A stretch of DNA of 64,000 nt from Octopus bimaculoides (GCF_001194135.2 NC_068998.1:8603651-8667650); one strand, 5' to 3'; shown: positions 9,661 to 23,623, counted from the first letter of the stretch. A program made the numbers and translations. The notes: generated from the letters alone by a model not told the origin.

Positions 9661-11336
9661 ATTTTTAATTATTACATTTATGCTCAATCCCTTTTTCCTA
9701 ACGTTGTGTGTACAAATGCAGTCTTATAGTTAAGATGTTCGCTACGTCATCGCGTGATTTGGAATGAATTGGATTTTTTGTCAACTTGTTAATTTTTTTT
9801 TTCTAGCATAACCACAGAATAACAGAAATTTTATAGAAAGAAACAGTATGGTAACCCCTCGAATGAATCATACATGTTTGAGGATGTTAGATTTAATTCT
9901 TGTCCAGTTTTATTACAGCTCTACTAGTAGCTGCCTTTTGAGTACTCAGCATAGTTGTAAGCATTAGGGCCAAATCTTCATTATTGAGAGAGTACAATGA
10001 GTGATTTTGCACAACACTTTTGCTACCAGTTTTAGGGGACATGGAGAAAAATAATGGGGTTCCTTTTTTTCTTTTGAGTAAGTCACAAAGCAAAACATAA
10101 TTAGAAGTTTAAAGATTTCCCGGTAGATACATATAGTTGAAAATATAGCAAAATTCAGTGACAGTTTTGGGAAAGTTTAAATATTATGACAGTAATGAAT
10201 TTTTATCTAAGAAGTCAGAAATTGAATTATAACGAAACTGAATTGAAAGAGCTGTCATCTTTTATTGCAAAAGAACGAAACGGAGAAGAAATGATGCCTT
10301 ATTTTGTCATTAATGCTATATATGTGGTTCCTTGTTAAAACCATCAACATGCTTTTGTGACACAATTAAAATTACCGAACGATATTTTTATTGTTTCATT
10401 GGGGAATTTTTACATGACAAACAAAAACATGAACAACAACAAGAGCGATATCAAATGCGATAACAATGCTAAATTGAAACAAAAGTAAAGAAAATGTCAT
10501 TATGTTAAAGAAAAACTACTTTCGTTTCGGTTTTGTGATGCCAAACGAAGAAAACTCAGTACAATTTTGAAACAAGAGCAGAATTCAATAATTTCAATGT
10601 CAAAACCAAAAGTAGACTCAGATACGTTATCCCCTCCATCATCCACCAAAAACAATAAAAAAACAATAATCTTTAATATTCTTTTTAAGCTTTTATCAAA
10701 TAAAAAAAGTCACGACTATAACCATAAGATACTTTTATAAATAAACATAACATTTACAATATACTTTATAAAAAACCGCAAAAATATTTGAGGTTATAAA
10801 GTAAAATGATAGATTCTGAAGAAGCTGATCGCTCATTAAAAATATGAAATATAAAAAGAATATGGTGAAATAAAAAATATCTTCTCATTTATTCCATTTC
10901 AATTTATTTTTATTTTTATTTTTAATATTTCATTTTTTGTAAATTTCGTTTGTTATTGCTTCCGTTGCCCACTTTCATCTTGTTGTTTCCTATCTCCAAT
11001 ATTGTTTTTCTGTTTTTTTTTTTACAGTAACTGGTATTTTTATATATAAAACATGTCTTTATAGTCATTTTATAATTTAATTTCTGTCGTTTTCTTGAAA
11101 GTTTTGTAATAAATTTCAATAAACATCTAGTTTTCTGTTTTCCCTTTTCCAAATCAAAAGCAAAGAAAGAAAGAAGAAAGAAAGTAAAAGAAAGAATATT
11201 TATGTTCTTCCAAATATTACTTGACACACATGTAATATCTTTAATATTTTATTTGATATTCTCGCGATGGAAAACCTTGAAATCAAGAATGTTGCATGAA
11301 AAGAGAATTAAAACGACATTTAAGAATAATATATAC

Positions 11337-11387
<51 letters not shown>

Positions 11388-13184
11388 CACACACAATTTA
11401 AACGGCATTTTTTAAAATTATCAATAATTATATTTTCACTTTTTAGTTTAGCATAAAAATTTCAAATGATCAGTCCAATGAATGAAGAATTTCACTTTTA
11501 TATACCTCATAAATTGGAAAATATTTTAATACTGATTTTATAAAGTTGCTCTTTCAAAACCGTAACATAAATTATCACTATCCTCCCACCACCACCACCA
11601 CCACCACCCTTTAAAGAATTTTCCATGCCTTTGCATTAAGCTGCTCTGTTATTATTACCATAAATTTGAAGTGAAATTTTTACTGCTTGATGATATTCCT
11701 AGCACTAGTTAAGAATATCTTTGCATTACACTGCTAAATATTAGATTAGCGGCGCCGTCAGGAATAGGGCTATCTGCTGGTCGAGGAACACGTAACTTTA
11801 TACATGGGGCTTCGTGGTTGGTGAGATGCACGATATAAGATCTCCATAAATGCAGCAGACTGTATCGTTGTTAAAGGCCATGACAGGTCATATAACGGAT
11901 TAAATCTTCACACAAAGAATGCGTTTGTGAGGACTTTGTAGAATATATTTGCCCTTACTGCTTTCTGCAAGACTCGAACCCTTAACCACGTCCAGTGATC
12001 CTACGGAGTTATTCATTTGACTTAAATTCGCCTGATACTTTATCTTACAACAATTACTGTGCATCGCACATCTAAATTTTTGTTGTTAAACAACCATTGA
12101 TTTTATGCTAAACACCTTGTGAACAAGTATAGAATTCGAATTTAAGCGCCAGGTTTATGAAAACTAATGTATTCCATTGAAGAAATACTTGTTTAAGACA
12201 AAAAAAACTGTAAAGATATTTGAGTGCAGTGAGAAATGAGATGGATCTTGACACAATGATATATTTGAATCCAATAACATGGATTATCTAAAGTTTGCAT
12301 CTTTAATGTGGTTTTTAACAACTCCTTAAAACACATCTTTAAGAACACTCTAATGACGATAAATCACCTGTATGTAATCCACTACTCTTCGTCAGAAAAC
12401 AACGTCATGCAAATGTAATTAAGATTCTAAGACAGATAATAATATTCATACATTATTTACACATTACTTGCATTTGTTATAAATCACACACAGCATATAT
12501 TACATCCTAAGTTAAAGAAAAGAACAAAATATTCACTTGGATACCGTTTGGATATTATTTAATAAAATATAATAAAACATGACAAGAATTATGTGAGCAA
12601 TACTTAATTTCATATGCTCTAACAAGTAATTATTTTTAGTATGGTGGATTCACTATTTATCTTTAAGAGATATTTAGAAAATAAAGAAAAAAGCAACAAG
12701 TGTAAGAGAGCTATTTGATATAGTTTTGACATGGCCTTTCATAAAGCCAATTCTTAATGTTTTACAAGGGATTTCATGCATGCATGAGAAACATGTTTCT
12801 AACTCAATATTTTATTATAGTGGAATGAATGTAACAAACGTATTCTCTTCCGGTTGACAATGTGACTTTATAAGCTTTCTTTTAGGCAATTCCAATTCAA
12901 AAATGTTTGCAGTTAATTCTATGAATATAAAAATTTTCACTGCTGGCGTCGGCACTGAGGAAGCTAATGTCGGTTTTGTTGATGTTACTGCTTATATGTT
13001 TGTCGTTTAACCCCAAATCGGGGCCTGATTAAGTAGATTTTATGAGGAAGTTCTAGCTATATCAAGATCTCGCCTTTTTGTATGTTAATATAATGCAAAA
13101 CTATGATGCCTTTCATTTATATAAACTGTTGTTATTTAACTCCAGACGATTTGAGTGATGACAGAGATTGACTTTTAATATATA

Positions 13185-13224
<40 letters not shown>

Positions 13225-13230
13225 CATACA

Positions 13231-13450
13231 TACAAGGGACAAGGACGTTGAAAAGTTCCTGGCTTTGGGTAAAAGAAAATACAGGAGGATCAGTTATAAT
13301 TTTACTCACCATAGTCCTCTCTCAGATTCGCTCACTTAATGCAGCGAACCTTCAGTTTTCCTAAACCCTGTAATAAACTTGAAAGGTTGGGCCTCCAACC
13401 AGGCCTTTCGTGATACCTTTAAAACCAGAGGCTTTTCAGCACCCCTCGTA
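13231..13450. mobile_element. Tc1/mariner-type MITE
   Basis: Imperfect TIRs tacaaggg...gttgaaaagttcctggcttt and aaaaccagaggcttttcagcacccctcgta, TA at both ends, internal hairpin gaaagg-ttgg...ccaa...cctttc. Confidence 0.7.
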
Positions 13451-13699
13451 TATATTTGAACTTATTTGATTAAATTTTTAAACGTGCTTTTTCAATGACG
13501 TCACTAACTTCATTGATCCATTGTCATAGAACCATTTTGTTTTTTGCACATCACAGATAATTTGAAAAACTTTTTGCTGTTAAATTTTTTGATATTTCTT
13601 ACAATTGTCAACGAACAAGAAAATGATAAAAATCATTAAAGCAGTTCTGCGAATCCAAACCAAATGAAAAAAAATGTCCTTTGAAAAATTACTTGAAAT

Positions 13700-13910
13700 A
13701 AAAAACACCACGAGAAACATCATGCCACGGTGGACATATTTTGCCACACCATGGCGTCGAAAAGCTAGTTAGATGGAAAATCAAATGCACACCACCGAAA
13801 ATATTGTTAGATCTACGCTGATTACCTTCGGATCTCAGTGCATAAACTGTACTTCGGTATTAATAAACCATTAAGGCAACCATACATTTTCATACCAATC
13901 ATTTTTGTAA
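13700..13910 (+). pseudogene. Possible highly decayed mariner transposase C-terminus
   Basis: gatggaaaatc...caccaccg...tagatcta...gattacc-ttcggatctc loosely recalls the GWE..HPPYSPDLAPSDYHLFRSL motif, but needs several frameshifts. Confidence 0.25.
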
Positions 13911-14669
13911 TAAAAAAAATTTAATCTATTAAAATACAACCAAGTTTGCAGCATAATCTGTTTTTCCTTCATATATATTGTACTGATGATGGTATCAAAA
14001 TTTTTCTAAGCAGCCCCCTCAAGACTCTAAACGCCCCCTCTAGAATATCACGTCTGTCATCTCCCTCCCACCTCATAACGCCAAACGTCCCGCCCCCGAG
14101 GGCAAGTACAAACAAATCAAGTTCTATTATTTCGAAAATAATTCTCAGTACAAAAGGTTCTAAAACACATGAATCAAAACGATAACGCACTCAATTATTA
14201 AAACTATCATGAATGCCAGCTATGAGTCATTTATTAAAATAGCTCTACTTTTTTTGCCAAGTGACATTGAACAAATCACACGGCTCAATCTGACAGAGCG
14301 AATTCTTCAAATTCTCATTATTTATACAGCATTGCAATTTTGTCATTTATCTTAATGTGCTTAACAATTTAAGGTGTGTCTTGATGACAGAGCACAATTA
14401 TCAAAGAGGAAGCTAAACTTTTGAAGATAACAAAAATTAATGGAACTGAAGACAAGAAAGGTTAACAAATTGAGAAAATATTTTGATTTTCATTAATGAA
14501 CACAACGACTCTTTTGAGGAGTGTTTTATCATTCTCTGTGAAATATTCTAGGAGCTAATATTGGTTATGTCAACAATAAATTTAGTTGGATGTACAAATA
14601 AAACGATTTTCTGCGTTCGATGTTATAGATTGTTGTTCCTCAGATCAAGCCACCGAATCTTTTATCTCA

Positions 14670-14895
14670 TTTCTTCCAGTGTTTGGACAGCAGCCATGCT
14701 AGGACACTTCCTTGGGGGGTTTTAGGGGAGCAAATCGACCCTAGGACTTAATTGTTTTTTTATTATTATTTTTCTGTCTTGTACTTATTTTACCGGCCGG
14801 CTTTTTTTTTTTTTGCTAGGACGGCTAGGTAACGGTGACATTAAAAACCTAAACAAGCCAACATCTGTTTTTCAAGCGATGGCAAGACAAACACA
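14670..14895 (-). mobile_element. SINE family B/C 3' tail
   Basis: gccatgctagg...gagcaaatcgaccctaggactt...gtacttatt...aagcgatg...gacaaacac matches the other tail copies. Confidence 0.75.
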
Positions 14896-14961
14896 CCAAC
14901 AACAAAAGCACCAACAACAACAAAAGCACCAACAACAACAAAAGCACCAACAACAACAAAA
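14894..14961. repeat. 18-bp minisatellite (caccaacaacaacaaaag)n running into an assembly gap
   Basis: About 4 units visible; gap at 14962-15205. Confidence 0.9.
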
Positions 14962-16189
14962 NNNNNNNNNNNNNNNNNNNNNNNNNNNNNNNNNNNNNNN
15001 NNNNNNNNNNNNNNNNNNNNNNNNNNNNNNNNNNNNNNNNNNNNNNNNNNNNNNNNNNNNNNNNNNNNNNNNNNNNNNNNNNNNNNNNNNNNNNNNNNNN
15101 NNNNNNNNNNNNNNNNNNNNNNNNNNNNNNNNNNNNNNNNNNNNNNNNNNNNNNNNNNNNNNNNNNNNNNNNNNNNNNNNNNNNNNNNNNNNNNNNNNNN
15201 NNNNNCACACACACACACACTAATAGAAATGATTATATGGTAATTATAAAAAATTGCTTTTTCACCATGTTAACCGAGGTTAAAAGAAATAGTGCTGAAA
15301 CCCTTTTTACATGAGCGACTTTTGCAGGTGTTTAGTATTGCTCCAATAAAGGGGGGGTTTTGAGCGCTTAAACTCTAAAGTTTAATATGAGCATCAAACC
15401 TTTACCAGTTGGCATGTTATTTAGATAAAGAAATAAAGTATGAATAGAGGGAGTCAGAATCGATAAGTGAGGTACAGTGTGACAGAAGATCAAAAGCATA
15501 ACAAGATTTATAATCATAGAGGAATGATAAAGCGACAAACAAGAATTGGATCTATCATTTTAGAATAAAATATAAAATAAGCTGTATGGAGAAAAACTAA
15601 TGCTTATAGGGGGAGAGATGCGAAAAGGAATAACGAAATTCAAGACCGACTGAATGAAGTTGAAAGAAGATGGGATAAGCAATAGAAAGGATATTTTTCT
15701 TGAGGAGGAATTTAAAAGCAAATATTAAGTATTAGGTTTCTTTCTAAGGCATATGACAGGGGGCGGAGGGATACATAAAGAAAAAAAGAAATTTGAGTAA
15801 AATTTGTCGAGCCATATACAGACAAAAGCAATTCATCATTGCTTAAAAGAATTTTTTTTTTTAAAGTAGTACGAGCATAAAAGTAATGTGAGAAGTTACA
15901 GATGATTCTGTAGATCTTGTATTGAATTTATCCACTGCAGTGTGTGATACAACAGTATGATAAAGAAACTTTGAAGCAAAAGTAAAGAGGACAAATAACT
16001 GTAGGACATGTATCACAATTTCTTTCATATGATTCTTACAGAAAAGTGCATTTCACTTATGTTTAACTACCATTCATTGAAGAGACTATTGATACACTTT
16101 AGTTCAAGGTCAAACTTGAATGATTACAACTACGATAAGAGGACATTCTAGCTATGAACATCTCTTCTGTTTGAGACATGTTTAAGAAT

Positions 16190-16240
<51 letters not shown>

Positions 16241-16265
16241 TTCTCTCCAAGTTTATCATGGCGAT

Positions 16266-16298
<33 letters not shown>

Positions 16299-17023
16299 GC
16301 TTTCACACACACACAAACACACACGTACAGAGAAATGCTTTCTGCTGCATATTGCTTGAATACACTTTCTTTTCTCCGTTTTAAATTTACAACCGTCCTT
16401 ATAACTAACAAATAGATATTAGTAAAACACTTTTCTCAAAATAATGAGTTGAGTGTTTTGTCCAAGAACACAATACGATATAGTTCTTTCAATAAAGTTT
16501 GAATTTCTCTTTAAAAATAAATCTTGCTCAGTAAGCGACCCACTTAAATTAATCACATAATTCACGCTCAGTATAAATAAATAATATCCAAGTATTCTAT
16601 TTCATTTTGTGTCTAAATGTACGCTTAATTGTTGAACAAGTTAACTTATTCAGAACAATGGCAGGAGACAAATACTATTTGAACATCAATCAATCAATTA
16701 TCCTTGTGTCGAGGGATTTACAAAATAATATTTTCAATTTCTATCAATTCTCAGGTTTCATTCTATTATTTCGGTACACCTCTATCCAACCAACACCCAA
16801 CTGGGACCTCCATGATACGGTTCCCAGTAAAATGGTGATTTAAAAAAAAACAAAAAAAACTTTGTGTAATTTTTTCTTGTTATATGTGAATAAATACTAA
16901 CTGTAATATATAACTCATTATTAAATATTTCATTAATCTCACCCCTATCCGTCTATCAGTATCATGCTTGTGCACATTATTATTATTATTATTGTTGTTG
17001 TTGTCACTATCATCATTATTATT

Positions 17024-17152
17024 AAAGTGGTGAGCTGGTAGAATCGTTAGCACACCAAGCAAAATGCTTAACGGCATTTCGTCCATCTTGACGTTTTGCG
17101 TTCAAATTCTGCATAGGTCGACTTTGCCTTTAGTCTCTTCGGGGTCGATAAC
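17024..17152 (+). mobile_element. SINE family A, 3'-truncated into (GT)n
   Basis: ggtgagctggtagaatcgttagcac...ggtcgactttgccttt...cggggtcgataa. Confidence 0.85.
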
Positions 17153-17235
17153 TGTGTGTGTGTGTGTGTGTGTAAGTTCGTGTGTATTAGTGTGAGTCAG
17201 TCATTGTGTCCATGTATGACAGTGTGACAGTGTGA

Positions 17236-17302
<67 letters not shown>
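17153..17302. repeat. (GT)n array with internal (gacagtgt)3
   Basis: Seen directly. Confidence 0.95.
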
Positions 17303-17304
<2 letters not shown>

Positions 17305-18171
17305 CTGCTCCACACTGGTCATGTCATGTACCTGGCTGTAGAATAGGAACTCTTCGAAACTAATGAAACCACAACGACAATAATTAAGACATATTTCGAT
17401 CTAATGATTCTTTCACAGTTAATGAATTACATTAATCCATTTAGCTAATGCATCTGTTTTCTCAGAGGAAATTCCACTAATCCACCAATACCAAATTTAT
17501 ATCTCTGTGGGGTACACAACATTAAATCATGGATCACGTGATCACAGACGTCTAAGTTTTTGTCGATCATAAATAACTATGCCATGCGACATAATTTTAC
17601 GTAGTACTAACTGATTGATTTGTGTTAGAATTTCACGTACGGAAGAAAGGTACAATGTGCGTTCCTGAATTTTTGAAACATTTTCAGGACAGACTTTAAT
17701 TAATTTCAAAGAAACACAAAACACTATTCTCCTTCGAAGCAGGATCCTCTTACTCCAATGGACTTGCTGTAGAGCTCCAATCCTATTCTATATTACTGGA
17801 GTGAAAACCACCAAGTGTGATTTATTGAGAATCCGGTTGATATTTTTAGTCTAGCCTTTCATGTGACTGTATTGAGCCTGTAGAAATCAAATGTCAGCTA
17901 AGAGAAGAGTTACTTGGAAGTTTTCCTGAAGCACGGGTCTTAAGGATGAAATATTAAAATATCTAGTAAATCTAAAACCGATCGAATTGTAAAATTTGAA
18001 ATAACTTGCGTTGTAAGCAGCGGAAGTGATCTAGAATGTTGAAACTTAAAGCGCATGCACAGCACAGGTCAAGGTCAATCTGTGCTAAGTAGCATCACTG
18101 TGCGTGCGTAAGCTTTGTTACTATGGCAATAGTCCGGTTACTTATCGACCACACCGCGTGTATTAGTGTGA

Positions 18172-18174
18172 GAG

Positions 18175-18232
<58 letters not shown>

Positions 18233-18425
18233 NNNNNNNNNNNNNNNNNNNNNNNNNNNNNNNNNNNNNNNNNNNNNNNNNNNNNNNNNNNNNNNNNNNN
18301 NNNNNNNNNNNNNNNNNNNNNNNNNNNNNNNNNNNNNNNNNNNNNNNNNNNGAGTGAGTGAGTGAGTGAGTGAGTGAGTGAGTGAGTGAGTGAGTGAGTG
18401 AGTGAGTGAGTGAGTGAGTGAGTGA

Positions 18426-18466
<41 letters not shown>

Positions 18467-18560
18467 CGCGTATATACATACATACATACATACATATACA
18501 TATTGATACATACATACTTATATATAGAGACAGACAGACAGAGACACAGAGAGAGCGAGA
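18172..18560. repeat. (GT)n/(GAGT)n/(TACA)n/(GA)n compound array with gap 18233-18351
   Basis: Seen directly. Confidence 0.95.
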
Positions 18561-18578
18561 CCATTCGTTAGAGAGACC

Positions 18579-18635
18579 ATGGGCCAACGGGCTTCGGGCC
18601 TGAAGAAACGCTGTAAAGCTAAGCGTTTAATGGAC
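18579..18635 (+). CDS. Candidate first coding exon, MGQRASGLKKRCKAKRLMD (unproven)
   Basis: accATGg context, CpG-rich non-repetitive patch, MGxxxS plus a basic cluster. Possible donors gac|gtaaaa (18635) or cga|gtaaac (18645) both lack +5 G. Confidence 0.25.
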
Positions 18636-19706
18636 GTAAAACCGAGTAAACCCATGCACCGGCCAAATATATCGTTATCAATATATATATATATATACAT
18701 ACATACACGTATAAATACAATGCACAACTATGTACGCGTGAGTATGTGTGTATGCAGGTCTGAAACGCAGCGGATTAGAAAGTCGTTTTAACTGATACAA
18801 TTTGTTAAAGAGGAAAAAACAATTTCTTGGAAGATGTATCATTTCCGTCATTGCGTAGACTTCCCCACAAACTCTTATATGTACTTTTTCATTTATTTGT
18901 TGACGTGTCAGGTATTTCGTCACACCTTTGCGACCTTGTCAATGTCACGATTCCACTGAAACTACAGAATATTAGTTACTGACGAGACTATATATAGACC
19001 TCAGTGACCTCTTTTTTTTTTCTTACTGTCCTTTCTTTTATTTTTCTCTCATGCTATTTTTTTTTTTTTTTTGTCACTTGTTTCATTTCTCATTTTCATT
19101 TTCTCTGACTAGCTGCAGTTTGACACCATTCGGCCATTCCTCACATAACTTCCATTCAATTACTTCTCTCCAAGCTGCAATGTTGCATTACAAACAAGTT
19201 TCCATTTATCCCACCCAACCCGNNNNNNNNNNNNNNNNNNNNNNNNNNNNNNNNNNNNNNNNNNNNNNNNNNNNNNNNNNNNNNNNNNNNNNNNNNNNNN
19301 NNNNNNNNNNNNNNNNNNNNNNNNNNNNNNNNNTACGTTTGGTGACGGTCTTTGGCTTACAACGTATGGGGGCGGGGATCATTCACTGTGTTTTCGTTTG
19401 CACATACTATACGCATACACGTACACACACACGAATAAACAGACATATATATACATGTGTGTGTGTATGCATATATATATGCATGTATGTATATGCATAT
19501 ATATATATATATACATACACAACACACATTTATATATAGTCAAATATATATATATATATATATATATAGACTGATACATATATTATTTATATAGCTATAT
19601 GCATATCATATATATATACACACAAATATGCATAAATATAAATATATGTATACATATCTATACATATATATCTATGCATATATATATATATGAGAAAGAG
19701 AGAGAA

Positions 19707-19744
<38 letters not shown>

Positions 19745-20076
19745 GGAATAAAATGATAGGTACATACATACATACATACATACATACACACACACTTACA
19801 TACACAGAGACAGACACGAGCATAGAATGAGAAAAATATATTTGAAATATGATCTTATGATACAGATCTGTTGAAATTAGATTCATAGTAAACTAATATA
19901 ATTATAGCCAGCGATGTATACCATAAAACAAATTACTAAGTTTAAACAGGATTATAATAATATAGTTCTTGACTGAGAAAGATTATTTTCGATGTCCATA
20001 TCAGCATGATCTTTTAAACATTGTAAGAAAGTCAAAGAAACTCTTGTTGTTCTCTTGTCTGCTTTATCACATATAG

Positions 20077-20162
20077 GAGAGACATAATAATGGGATAACT
20101 TTTATTGCAAGTACACGAAAGAGTGACACCTCACAACGGATATTTGTTGTAAAGTCATTCAG
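20077..20162 (+). CDS. Candidate internal exon (unproven)
   Basis: Pyrimidine tract and atatag| acceptor, cag|gtgaaa donor, one open frame ERHNNGITFIASTRKSDTSQRIFVVKSF. Confidence 0.2.
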
Positions 20163-20453
20163 GTGAAAAGTTCTATATGGAAAGAAAGAAGAAAAACAAT
20201 CTTTCTACGCCTGTCAGCCTCTCACACGTCCTCTCCGTCTCCTTACATATGTATACATACATATGCATATATATATATAAGTGTGTGTGTGTGTGTGTGT
20301 GTGTGTCTAAATACACGGGGGGGGGGAGACCAGTGATAGGGCTTCTGGCATGCTAGAAAAGGCAGTCACAACCCAAACCACGAAAAATATTCTTACATCA
20401 TGTAAGAAGTTCTGGCGATGGTCTTCTCTTCGTGTATTTATACACTATTATAA

Positions 20454-20458
<5 letters not shown>

Positions 20459-20541
<83 letters not shown>
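20459..20541. repeat. (AG)n microsatellite
   Basis: Seen directly. Confidence 0.95.
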
Positions 20542-20545
<4 letters not shown>

Positions 20546-20748
20546 TGTTGTCGCTGATTCAGCGATCTTATCTCCGACACCACAATGTGACCCGTCTTGA
20601 CAAATAGTCTAGTGGCCCGTTGTAGTCTAGCCTTCTTGGACTTCCTGTGTCCCTCCATTCTGTAATCTAAGCCTGAATAAGACGGGCTCCTGTAAGAAGC
20701 CTGCAAAACTTTAATTTGCTGGGACCCAATCAAAATATTTCGAGTAAT

Positions 20749-20794
<46 letters not shown>

Positions 20795-22384
20795 TTGGGC
20801 ATATTTCTGTGTACACGCAAATTAGGATAGATAGATAGATAGATAAAACTAGTTGTCTCACGTGTTAGTCAATACAAAAGATCTCAAGACATCATTATTC
20901 CGGTTCTTTATATCTATTTATTTAACTATTTTGTTAATAACTGTTCTGTGTTACCTTCCTACACAATAAGTTTCATTTGGCAAAGTCGCAAGATTGAGAC
21001 ATATTGCAGTAGGCTGTAATGAAATAATCATATATGACTGCGTGTCTCTCTGCTTGCATGTATATATATAATTATATACACATATACATATATAATGCAC
21101 ATTTATATTTTTCGCTTTCTCTCTTCTCTCAATCACTCACTTTCTTCTCGCTCGCTCACACATTCTTTGTCTTAGTGTTTTCCTCGTCAAAATTTAAGTA
21201 AAAAAACACTAAATTCATAAATTAAATAACAAATAGATTATCAGAAACTAGGAAAACGTTGATTGTTTGACAAAGAATATAATTAATTAAGTTTCTATAT
21301 CTCATATCTAACTGGCATTTATTTCCGCATCTGAAACTTCTCAAAAAATGTTAAGCCGATGTTATAAATGAAATAAATCAAGCAGGAATATTATACATTT
21401 GGTTAAAATACTTGACAAGTAATCAATAAACTTGAATTGTATAACGGATGAAAAAAAAAGAGAACAGAGTCCGAAGAGAAGAAACTAGCTTTGGTTAGCG
21501 TCCAAAAAAAATAAGTGAAAAGTAATAGGACGTTAATAAAATCTATAAAATACGATAAAGTACAAGAATTATAAAGTCCAAAAATATATATGAAATCTAA
21601 GAAAAATCTTTCGAAATTATAGAATTCAAAAAATGCCTCAATTGAAACGCAACCAAAGATTGCTTCTCCACACAATCCAAGACACACATGAATTGAAGTG
21701 TTACACTTGCAATGGGTTGATAAATTTCATTACAGTTATTTAGTTGTAAAAGGCAATTTTATTTCTGAATGACAAGATATATTCTGTAATGCATATATAA
21801 CATCACGAAATGCATCAAGTCAGCGGAAACAAGCTTATACATGACATGCAGTTGCTGTTAGCAATAGCATTAGCTGCATCCATGATTTAGAGTTGTTACG
21901 TAACTTCTTTAGAGTTAAAAGCCTTACACTCTTGTTGTTTTTTCCTTGTCGCATCTACCCACGAAGATCTTAGCCTTAAAACTGAATAAATTCAGTGGAG
22001 ATATTATACGAAGAGAAAAGTCATCTAGGAGATAGATTGTGGAAGTACAAAGATAAGGAATGGTTTGAAAGCCAAGAAAGTGAGATCCATGAATGTAAAG
22101 GATGTATTAGTGAGGATTTGAATTTCGTTCGCTTTTATTACTTTCTGAAATTTGCATAAACATGACATTAAATTGATGCTGCAAAGAAAAAAGAGGAAGA
22201 TTTGAAAAAAAAAAAAAGATTAGGAAATTAGAAATACTTGCTGGATTTCTTTGAGATGTTCTGTGAATAATGTTGGCAGAAAGAAGAAAATGTTTGAAAT
22301 AAATCTGATTTAAATTGAGGTAGAACCCAAAAAGAAACAAAGTAATGAAATAGATATGCCAGATGTGTCATCCATGTTTTATTT

Positions 22385-22444
<60 letters not shown>

Positions 22445-22532
22445 TTTCTTAATTTTTCATTACATATCTCTTGTAAAAATCATGAACATCCATGTATTAT
22501 GTAAATTAATATATTAATAACATTTCCTAACA

Positions 22533-22747
22533 CAGGCACAGGGTGTTCTGACATTTGCGACGGGGGGGGGGGGGCTAGTCAATAAAATCGGCCTCAGGTC
22601 TCCACTGTTACGTTATTTTATCAAGTCCGAGCGGATGCAACGCAAAATAATGCTCAACGGAATTTCGTCACCGAACGTAATGAACCGGTACAACTACCGC
22701 TCGTCATTTTATTCAACGTTCTAATGATTCTGACAGTTTACCACCTT
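22533..22747 (-). mobile_element. SINE family A (old, diverged)
   Basis: tagtcaataaaatcggcc...ttattttatcaag...cggaattt...aacgtaa...aatgattctgacagtttaccacc is the reverse complement of family A. Confidence 0.6.
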
Positions 22748-23044
22748 TGCGTAGCTAAATTAGGCAGGAAACCAGTTATTCTGAGACCAGACGAGTGTGA
22801 CATTCGATTACCATGATAGGTAAATGCTTATTCTACCATACAGTTTCCACGAGGGGGTCCCAGAATATTACACACTGGACGTAACTACCAGCCTGGCTGT
22901 TTCTGTAGATATATAGATCCACACTTTATGAAGACGAGGTAAAAAAAATATGATGAGATCAATCATTTCACATGTTTTCGACTGTATCTATCGTCTACAG
23001 TTATTCTCTGGTTTCATTCTCTGCTTCTTGAATTTTCATCATAG

Positions 23045-23131
23045 GAATCTATCCTGTACAGCACAGATAAAACTGACATATTCTTCCAAGTTGCTCTCTT
23101 CCAACTTAGGCTGACAAAATATTTTAAAAGG
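23045..23131 (+). CDS. Candidate 87-nt phase-0 exon (unproven)
   Basis: Long pyrimidine tract and catcatag| acceptor, agg|gtaaat donor, one open frame ESILYSTDKTDIFFQVALFQLRLTKYFKR. Confidence 0.2.
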
Positions 23132-23623
23132 GTAAATTTTCTTCGCATTTTCCATATTTACTCGTCATTTTATGTATTTCAATGAAACTAGTCTATGTTT
23201 TGGACTTACAAGATGCTATATAAACTGTGACAGAGATAGAGAACAAAAGCGTTGCTGCTCAAGAGGAGATAATCGTTTCTAAGCACATGCACGTTTTGTC
23301 TTCTGTGAAAATATTTTTTTTTCTTCAAAGCTTGAAAAGAATGTGAAAAGTATACATCTTATAATTCTTTTATAATAACTATTTAAACAATAATATTGTT
23401 TCAATAAACTGTGCCATGATTTTCTATACTGAAAATCACGGCCAAAGAAAACCATCAAGATATAATTAGCATAATCCACTCACTTTGAATCATACGTCAT
23501 TGACGACTTTTCTCTACTGTTTTCGTCTCTGAGCTGTCGTTGGTGCTTTTCCTCAGTTCGATTCACATATTTCAAGTAACCCCTCAGTGTCCCATTTTTT
23601 ATTTATTTATTTATTTATTATTT

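Noticed and set aside
9918-10077. Segment between a ttattacag| acceptor and a tga|gtaagt donor
   Set aside because: All three frames contain stops. It could be non-coding, but nothing supports that.
10490-10740. About 80 open codons (KCHYVKEKLLSFRFCDAKRRKLSTILKQEQ...)
   Set aside because: A-rich low-complexity sequence with no splice signals or homology recognised.
13969-14190. GC-richer minus-strand ORF of 73 aa
   Set aside because: No recognisable motif or splice signals. It may be a mobile-element scrap, but that cannot be supported.
15400-15830. Purine-rich stretch possibly from an L1/Tx1 ORF2
   Set aside because: No motif could be read without many frameshifts.
17466-17540. Peptide PPIPNLYLCG, reminiscent of the flavin oxidoreductase C-terminal motif
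   Set aside because: Only about 9 residues, a weak donor, an in-frame stop soon after, and no other matching exons.
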